Positions 1 to 5,557 of a stretch of DNA of 28,394 nt are shown here, piece after piece. Under the pieces are notes generated by a model. That model had not been told where the DNA came from and did no database searches. It was given only the letters and a program-made list of their open reading frames with translations. Numbering within the stretch: position 1 is the first letter of the stretch; each line of letters begins with the position of its first letter. The stretch comes from an uncultured Chloroflexia bacterium (GTDB lineage: Bacteria; Chloroflexota; Ktedonobacteria; Ktedonobacterales; JADMIN01): positions 1 through 28,394 of the forward strand of contig CAVRAI010000017.1 in the NCBI GenBank assembly GCA_963718915.1, written 5' to 3'. The position numbers and the translations under genes are program-made.

Positions 1-281
1 GTTCTCCCTCGATGTAGTGAAATGCCCACCACTCGCCTCAAATCGGGCCCATCTGAAATTCTGAACCACCCAACCGGATTCCATGCGCAGGCTTCAGCCA
101 AGCAATGGAAGACGCAGCGAGCCGCCACGGCGAGTCCGTCATGGGCAAGGAAGAACAGACGTCAACCAAATGCAGAGTCATCCCCGCCTCGACCCTGCCA
201 ATCCGGAACATGAAAAACAACCTTCGGCGCTCGACTTGGCGTATCTGCGATTACTAATAGTCCTAGCTTGCCCAGTGCCCG

Positions 282-290
282 TGATATAGT
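282..290 (+). promoter_or_regulatory. putative extended -10 promoter element (TGATATAGT)
   Basis: TGnTATAGT matches the extended -10 consensus about 60 nt upstream of the ATG at 350. No convincing -35 box. By-eye match only. Confidence 0.2.
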
Positions 291-349
291 GGGCGTGGGG
301 AGAGTGGGCCGTGTCCCGCTAGCAGCAACCTACCCAAACTCGTGAGGGG

Positions 350-490
350 ATGAGCAGCAACATCACAGCCCTCACCTTGCGAGAGGGTCTTCCTGATGTC
401 CAAAGAAACGGAGCAACGTCTCTTCAATCTGTGACGGTTCTCATCGGACTCACCACCCTGATTGTGACGCTGATCCAGTTGACTCACTAA
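350..490 (+). CDS. 46-aa peptide with a C-terminal hydrophobic helix (MSSNITALTLREGLPDVQRNGATSLQSVTVLIGLTTLIVTLIQLTH); type I toxin- or holin-like small membrane peptide, hypothetical
   Basis: ATG-to-TAA ORF below the 60-aa cutoff of the ORF track. A GAGGGG purine tract sits immediately upstream, closer than ideal for an SD. The ORF is followed 15 nt later by a strong intrinsic terminator on the same strand. The hydrophobic tail VTVLIGLTTLIVTLIQL is long enough for one TM helix. Confidence 0.3.
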   Translation: MSSNITALTLREGLPDVQRNGATSLQSVTVLIGLTTLIVTLIQLTH

Positions 491-504
491 TCCGGGTCAC
501 AGCC

Positions 505-538
505 AGCCAGGGGGTAACTCCTCTGGCTCGTTTTGTTT
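505..538 (+). terminator. rho-independent terminator (9-bp GC-rich stem, 6-nt loop, TTTTGTTT tail)
   Basis: AGCCAGGGG (505-513) pairs with CCTCTGGCT (520-528), including one G-U pair. The loop is 514-519 and the T-tract is 531-538. The T-tract is present only on the + strand. Confidence 0.45.
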
Positions 539-573
539 GCCTGACGCCATTCTACCGCACTGCACAACTAGCC

Positions 574-813
574 CTATGCCGCCTGGAATGCCTTTGACGC
601 ATATAGGAAGGCTGTCACATACGCCTGGAACACACGCCATCCCTCACGGCAAGAGATGCCTCTTTTCAATTCCTCCACAAACATCGCTGCTAACCCTGTT
701 GCAGTCTCGTCTTCTGGTGCGTCTGGCAGTGTTCCATCCACCACATCTCTCCCAGCCGCAACCCACGCCTCCGCATCGGCTAATAGACACAATTGATCGA
801 GTTTGGATGCCAT
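574..813 (-). CDS. hypothetical acidic 79-aa protein
   Basis: ORF-track entry. On the minus strand the ATG is preceded by AAAGGAGGG with 8-nt spacing, a near-ideal SD. The composition is protein-like (helical, acidic), unlike neighbouring R/P/S/C-rich ORFs. I recognise no family. Confidence 0.5.
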   Translation of the reverse strand: MASKLDQLCLLADAEAWVAAGRDVVDGTLPDAPEDETATGLAAMFVEELKRGISCREGWRVFQAYVTAFLYASKAFQAA

Positions 814-987
814 CAGGTCTTCCCTCCTTTGCTACATCTGCCCCGCACAACACGACGCCCTACGAGACGGTGTACCTGATGTTGTGAAAGAAAGCAAGTA
901 GACAAAGATATTACACCAAGCCCACTGGAAAACCCGATAGCACGCAGGTTTGGCGAAGGTGGTTAGTGAAGGAAGAGCATCTATCGA

Positions 988-1238
988 GAGGTTCAAGAAG
1001 GATAGCTGAACCTGGCGCGGAGGTTGGGGACCTCTTGATAACCTCACGAGAACCTAGCCGGTAGTTCTCATACCTTCTTCACACCTTCCCCGCACGTCTC
1101 TCGGGGTCTCGGAGAGGTTGCCTGGAGGTTGCGATAGCCTTGATCTTTACCTCATCTTCTGTCGAGGTTTCATCGAGGTTTCGGGATGTTTCTGCACTCT
1201 TTTTCGATGGTCCTATGAGGTTGCCAAGAGGTTGCCAG
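988..1238 (+). repeat. iteron-like array of GAGGTT(G/T)C repeats: three tandem 11-bp pairs plus solitary copies
   Basis: Pair 1: GAGGTTGCC 1114-1122 and GAGGTTGCG 1125-1133. Pair 2: GAGGTTTC 1164-1171 and 1175-1182. Pair 3: GAGGTTGCC 1217-1225 and 1228-1236. Solitary copies are GAGGTTCA 988-995 and GAGGTTGG 1020-1027, with an inverted AACCTC at 1040-1045. Period within pairs is exactly 11 bp, and pairs are about 50-53 bp apart. Confidence 0.65.
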
Positions 1239-1772
1239 CCACGGTGATACCAGGAATGGACCTCCAAGAACCTACCGAAACTACGCAAGAACATGCATGT
1301 ACTACGTGACACACATCACCAGAACGTAGAAGCGAGTCAGCTAGTCCTTCCCAATCTTGCTGGCTACCTCCCCTGTGTCTTGTGTACACTTTGTGTGGTT
1401 CTCGCTGCTTCGGATGTGCTTATTGACTATCTCATACTTCAACTAAACCGTGATTAGTAGCAGTTCCAAATGAGTACTTTCCGTGAGGCAGGAGACGTGG
1501 CCAGCAGCAGAAACAAGGTGATGCGTCGGCGCTCAAGTGGGAGGGTGACGTGGCGAGGTAGTCCCTACTAAAAATCGCCGAAACCCCCAACTTTGCTGTT
1601 GCTCCGATGGGACCGTGTGTCGATTGAAGGTGGGACGGCGAAAGATGCCGTAGCCGACTCCAACCCCGGTTCTTTCTGCACCACCACCCGTGCCACTTAG
1701 CCCTACACCTACACCTTCTCCCCTGCCAAGGTTGCGGTGGCCACTCATAGGAGTAGGTAGTGAATCCTGTCC

Positions 1773-2108
1773 CTAGTACCCAGGCCCAGCCACATGCTCG
1801 ACGACAAAATCTATCATCGGTTTCTTAGGCTTTCGGCTTGGGGGTGTTGCGCCCGGCTCGCGCGCCAGCACGGCATCTACCAACACTCCCAGCGTTCTCA
1901 GAGATTCTCTGGTCACCACCGCGCGGAACTGGCTGTGTCCGTACCACTCAAGCAGCTTATATGGGTCTGGTTTGGCATATGGGTTGTGGTGATCAAGATC
2001 AGGGCCGGTAATAGGTACAGGTTCTGGAGTCGTCTCTGCCCCCAGCTTCTTCCCTTTCAGGTCTTCAAGCTCAGTGTATCGTTCACGTAGTCTTCGACCC
2101 ATCTCCAC
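1773..2108 (-). CDS. hypothetical 111-aa protein; last gene of the Mrr-ParA operon and a possible ParA partner or DNA-binding adaptor
   Basis: ORF-track entry with a GTG start 2 nt after the stop of the preceding 39-aa ORF, so tight operon packing. It has a basic N-terminus (GRRLRERY) and a basic patch (PSRKPKKP). No recognisable family. Confidence 0.45.
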   Translation of the reverse strand: MEMGRRLRERYTELEDLKGKKLGAETTPEPVPITGPDLDHHNPYAKPDPYKLLEWYGHSQFRAVVTRESLRTLGVLVDAVLAREPGATPPSRKPKKPMIDFVVEHVAGPGY

Positions 2109-2110
2109 AT

Positions 2111-2230
2111 CTAATGGAAGCCATTATTTGATATTTCAATCGCTGCTGTCGATGCCGCATCTTTGTCTGTCGCATCGATGGCATGTAATAACTGCTCGTT
2201 CGCTAGCTTCTTTCGTTGAGCAAAGGTCAT
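2111..2230 (-). CDS. hypothetical 39-aa ORF (MTFAQRKKLANEQLLHAIDATDKDAASTAAIEISNNGFH)
   Basis: Hand-translated ATG (2230-2228) to TAG (2113-2111), lying between the ParA tail and the 111-aa ORF. No clear SD. It is below the ORF-track cutoff. Confidence 0.2.
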   Translation of the reverse strand: MTFAQRKKLANEQLLHAIDATDKDAASTAAIEISNNGFH

Positions 2231-2261
2231 CGGACGAGTACTGATTGGTCGTGTTGTTCAC

Positions 2262-2423
2262 CTACTTGGCATAGTTTAGTACCTCCTCGGCGAGCGCGCT
2301 GTAAGCTTTGGCTCCATTGGTTCCCGCACCAGGCTGCAACATCTCCAACTGATTGTCGATTGGGACGCGGTGTTCAAGTATTCGGCCACCATTCCGCACG
2401 ATCATCGGACTCAGGCTATTCAA
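2262..2423 (-). pseudogene. out-of-frame C-terminal segment of the ParA domain (...SLSPMIVRNGGRILEHRVPIDNQLEMLQPGAGTNGAKAYSALAEEVLNYAK)
   Basis: Hand translation of the frame shifted by one relative to 2444..3571. It gives the canonical ParA/Soj C-terminus: an (I/V)-R-N segment and a GA-x-AY-x-x-LA-x-E-(V/L)L ending. The frame stays open back across the annotated stop to the C6 run at 2469-2474. Confidence 0.6.
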
Positions 2424-2443
2424 TACAACCTCCTTTGATAGCT

Positions 2444-3571
2444 CTAGGTTATCCCAATGAGTGATAAGCCCCCCATAAAGTCCGCCTCAGTCCCCATAAG
2501 CGCACTAACCGTCCTGAGTGTCGTTAGCATATTCCTTGTACCTGCCTCAGACGACCTGCGAGGGCGCAACGGCGCAATCACGTACTCGGCGGCACACAAC
2601 CCACTGCGTGTAAAGACTGTCATAGCTGGAGGTGTGTCGATAATAATCCAATCAGGCGGCCCTCCCAAACTAGCGATCTGCCTAGTACAAATCTTATGAA
2701 CATCCTGAACGAACTGCAATTCAACATTCGGACGACCGTTGCCGCCATAGTCACGTAGCGTAAGGAATGGGTCTGCGGGGATGATGCTCAGGTGATCAGT
2801 CGCGGTTGGCGTGATCAAGTCCACGAGGTGCCGCTCACCTGCAAAGTAGTGGGTGATATTGGGAAACAGTTCACCTTCAATCGTTCGTTTCTCTACTTGA
2901 TCAGGTAGACATCGCTCAGTCAGGTTTCCTTGTCCATCGAGGTCAATGAGGAGAACTCGCTTACCATATTTCTTCGCCAATTCAACACCCAAGTAATATG
3001 CTGTCGTTGTCTTACCTACCCCGCCCTTGTTGTTAGCAATAGTGAGAATCCGTGTGTCGCCAACCCGACGCGGGCGAACACTTTCTCTCCCAGCAAAGTG
3101 CTCTGGCGAAATCGTGGCGATGGTCTCTTCATCGTCATTCCGCGAGTTCCTCACATAGTCGATGTAGCGCACAAGCTGCATTCCGTTCATCAAGTAGACG
3201 CGCCGTGCCCCAGTTTCAGCCATTTGGTGAGCGGCCTTATTGAAGTCGCTGGTTGTGATCACAAACGGTTTTGCGCCTGCCCGGTCAACGGCTGGAGCGC
3301 CTCGTACTCCTCTGATGGTTGACGTAGTTACCAATTGTTCGGGAGCATAACGTTTACACTCAATCCCAGCGACGATACGATTGCTTCCCCGCGAGCGAAC
3401 CTCCAAGTCCACTCCTCTGAGAAAGTGCAACCCAACCACCCTAGTCTGATAACCAGCCCGGCCCAATACATACGCAACGAAGCGCTCGAATTCCTTTGGG
3501 GTCAAGGCATATATCGCTTCCACTGTGGGCACTTTGAATAGCGCCGCAAATTTATCTAGTTCGGTTGGCAT
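2444..3571 (-). CDS. fusion protein: N-terminal Mrr-type restriction-endonuclease (PD-(D/E)xK) domain plus a ParA/Soj-family deviant Walker-A ATPase, C-terminally truncated by an apparent frameshift
   Basis: The N-terminal half carries FERFVAYVLGRAGY, GVDLEV, GIECKRY (D...ExK) and FVITTSDF, matching the Mrr_cat pattern. The C-terminal half carries ILTIANNKGGVGKTTT (deviant Walker A), VLLIDLDGQGNLT (A') and WIIIDTPP (Walker B). Third codon positions are more A/T-rich than in the rest of the window. Confidence 0.85.
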   Translation of the reverse strand: MPTELDKFAALFKVPTVEAIYALTPKEFERFVAYVLGRAGYQTRVVGLHFLRGVDLEVRSRGSNRIVAGIECKRYAPEQLVTTSTIRGVRGAPAVDRAGAKPFVITTSDFNKAAHQMAETGARRVYLMNGMQLVRYIDYVRNSRNDDEETIATISPEHFAGRESVRPRRVGDTRILTIANNKGGVGKTTTAYYLGVELAKKYGKRVLLIDLDGQGNLTERCLPDQVEKRTIEGELFPNITHYFAGERHLVDLITPTATDHLSIIPADPFLTLRDYGGNGRPNVELQFVQDVHKICTRQIASLGGPPDWIIIDTPPAMTVFTRSGLCAAEYVIAPLRPRRSSEAGTRNMLTTLRTVSALMGTEADFMGGLSLIGIT

Positions 3572-3680
3572 AGAGTTCGGCGTCCCTTCTAGAGATGTGC
3601 TATTCGCGACTTGTACAAAATAAATGTCAGATTGGTGTTTGCGGTTTGCCGCCCTGGCTTCCTGCTTGTAGTGCCCTTGA

Positions 3681-4205
3681 CTACTTCGGGATTCTTATTA
3701 AAGGTATTGAGTTACTGCCTTTCCATCTGTGTTGTGTCATCCCTGCGTCTGCCATATGAAACGTTCCCTTGTTGAATGATATTCTGTACCGACCAGACTC
3801 CATAGTAGTGGTTTGGGTTCCAGGTGTCAATCGGGTTAGGAGCAGGTCAATACATCCGCCGTCTTCTTTACGTGCAAAGAAGCGTTGCGTGAAAGTCGCG
3901 ATGAAGACTATTTCGATCAGCGGGCCGACGATGGCTTCGGCGGCGGCTAACGCTATTATGGGGGCATCGAGGGCCAATCCACCACCTTAGGAAGAAACAA
4001 CGTCCGTGAAACGATGTAACGCTGAATACAAATGCAGAGAGTGGCGAGTTGATAGTATCGTGGACACCTATTCCCCAAACGCCGGAGCCAAGCGCGAAAT
4101 AGGCCGCCGAAAAAATGCCGATGACGAGGATGTAGACTAAAAGACTGCGTAATGACTTGTTTCCGATTGTGAGAGGTGCTACACTAGTTGCGAGGTTATC
4201 TGCTC
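3681..4205 (-). pseudogene. remnant of a small polytopic membrane protein (possible two-TM channel-like protein) lacking a start codon and needing at least one frameshift
   Basis: ORF track 3681..3977 encodes ...LDAPIIALAAAEAIVGPLIEIVFIATFTQRFF (TM-like). Hand translation of another frame upstream (about 3985-4205) gives SLRSLLVYILVIGIFSAAYFALGSGVWGIGV...SPLSAFVFSVTSF with no ATG, GTG or TTG start. The two parts join only through a frameshift near 3975-3990. Confidence 0.3.
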
Positions 4206-4277
4206 AGTGAGGCGCTGAGTCATCAATTGATTACAGCCTCTCACCAGATGACTGCGTTAAAATGTAGACGTGTCAGC

Positions 4278-4422
4278 TTGCCTCTAGCTCAATTGGCAGA
4301 GCAGGTCTGAGCCGGAGTTCAACGCAGGCGAGAGACGATGTGGGACAGCGCGCAAGTAGCCGATGTCCCACGACTGACTCTTAATCAGCGGGTTGTCGGT
4401 TCGAGTCCGACGGGGCTCACCA
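4278..4422 (+). tRNA. tRNA-Lys(CUU)-like gene interrupted by a ~69-nt insertion (4305-4373) in the 5' strand of the anticodon stem; possibly a pseudo-tRNA
   Basis: - 5' part: TA, then D-arm GCTC-AATTGGCA-GAGC, then A-G (4285-4304).
- 3' part: CTGA, loop CTCTTAA, TCAGC, variable GGGTT, T-arm GTCGG-TTCGAGT-CCGAC, acceptor GGGGCTC, discriminator A, encoded CCA (4374-4422).
- Removing 4305-4373 gives a perfect GCTGA/TCAGC anticodon stem and U33-CUU-A37.
- The 5' acceptor strand TTGCCTC pairs at only 5 of 7 positions; positions 1-2 are unpaired. Confidence 0.5.
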
Positions 4423-4447
4423 AACACCTCAAATCGCTATAAGGTTT

Positions 4448-4483
4448 GGCCTCTTGCGAAACAGCAAGGGGCCTTATCTGTTT
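4448..4483 (+). terminator. intrinsic terminator downstream of the tRNA-like gene
   Basis: GGCCTCTTGC (4448-4457) pairs with GCAAGGGGCC (4464-4473) as a 10-bp stem with one G-U pair. The loop is GAAACA, followed by a TTATCTGTTT tail. Confidence 0.45.
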
Positions 4484-4615
4484 CCGCAATGGGTATCGCC
4501 ATAGCATCCTCCAGCATAGTGACCGGAGCAAACCACCGCGCATCGCAAACAACTGCCCCCAAAATCATGCCGCGATGGTGAACCACTATTCACTTGTTTT
4601 TCATGTAGAGCCTCT

Positions 4616-5557
4616 ATGCTGACGAAGCGGATTTCTCCCGCCAACACGACATCTACCACTATCAGGATAACTATTGCGATGAAACGGCGCTCATCTAGAC
4701 ATCAGCGGCGGCAGCGGATAAGCGGTCTATCACTGCTCGCACGATTGGCACGGGAAATCGCCTATGCCACCCAGGCAATCGTCAAGACCCGGACGTTCGT
4801 CTATCCACGCATGGTATGGCGCACACTGACCAGACCCCGCCTCTCCCCTGGCACGATACGATTGCCATTTGGCCGCATACGCTATGTGGATGCTGACTCA
4901 CTGCGAACCACCTACCACCAGATTTTTGTACAGGGTATCTATCAGGTGGATGGGCTGGGCGACGCGCCAACAATTATTGACTGTGGCGGCAATATTGGTT
5001 TGAGTGTGATCGCGTTTAAGCGAGACTATCCCCAGGCGCGCATTCTGGCCTTCGAGGCCGATCCAGCGCTGGCCACTCTGCTGCTCTGGAACATCAAGAC
5101 CCTGGGTCTGACCGAGGTTACCGTCGAGGCGAAGGCGGTGGGTGGGGTCAATGGTCAGGTGTTATTTCAGCCCGATGGCTCCGTTGATGGGCATGTCGTC
5201 GCGTCACCTGGAGCAGCGCCACAGGCGACGGCGATCAGCGTACCAGCAGTGCGCCTCAGTGAGATGATCAATGGGCCAGTGGACCTGCTGAAACTGGATA
5301 TCGAGGGGAGCGAGTATGATGTCATCGCCGACTTGAGCCAGAGCGGTCGGATCACCCAGGTGAAGACGCTCATCTGCGAGGTACATGGCAATCAATCCAC
5401 CCAGCGTCAGTTCGTCGAGATGTGGCGGCAGCTGATGGAGGCGGGGTTCCAGCTCTCCCTCTTCAATGCGCGGACGGGTGGAGATGCGCGCGAAACCCCG
5501 TTCCCGGTGATTCCGGGCAAGGACTATGCCATCATCATCTATGCCTGGCGCCCCTGA
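4616..5557 (+). CDS. FkbM-family SAM-dependent methyltransferase
   Basis: IIDCGGNIGLSVIAFKRDYPQARILAFEADP (SAM-binding GxGxG-type motif) and LLKLDIEGSEYDV are typical of Methyltransf_21/FkbM. The start is uncertain, with an alternative ATG at 4679. The 3' end overlaps the convergent GT4 gene by 19 nt. Confidence 0.85.
   Translation: MLTKRISPANTTSTTIRITIAMKRRSSRHQRRQRISGLSLLARLAREIAYATQAIVKTRTFVYPRMVWRTLTRPRLSPGTIRLPFGRIRYVDADSLRTTYHQIFVQGIYQVDGLGDAPTIIDCGGNIGLSVIAFKRDYPQARILAFEADPALATLLLWNIKTLGLTEVTVEAKAVGGVNGQVLFQPDGSVDGHVVASPGAAPQATAISVPAVRLSEMINGPVDLLKLDIEGSEYDVIADLSQSGRITQVKTLICEVHGNQSTQRQFVEMWRQLMEAGFQLSLFNARTGGDARETPFPVIPGKDYAIIIYAWRP

Noticed and set aside
22-487. Overlapping 60-74-aa ORFs on both strands at the window start (22-213, 38-220, 83-289, 263-487)
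   Set aside because: They overlap one another and have P/R/S-rich junk-like translations with no ribosome-binding sites. Only the hand-found 350-490 ORF has flanking signals.
1533-1748. 71-aa Gly-rich minus-strand ORF (GRGEGVGVGLSGTGGGAERTGVGVGYG) downstream of the 111-aa gene
   Set aside because: It has no SD and a low-complexity translation that follows from a CACC/CCTACA-rich DNA stretch. There is no supporting context, so I cannot tell it from noise.
4305-4373. The idea that the tRNA intervening sequence is a group I intron, a hammerhead-type ribozyme or an archaeal bulge-helix-bulge intron
   Set aside because: At 69 nt it is far too short for a group I core, and it lies in the stem rather than the anticodon loop. 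No CUGAUGA...GAAA hammerhead core is present. I could not draw a 3-4-3 bulge-helix-bulge across the two junctions. The nature of the insert is left open.
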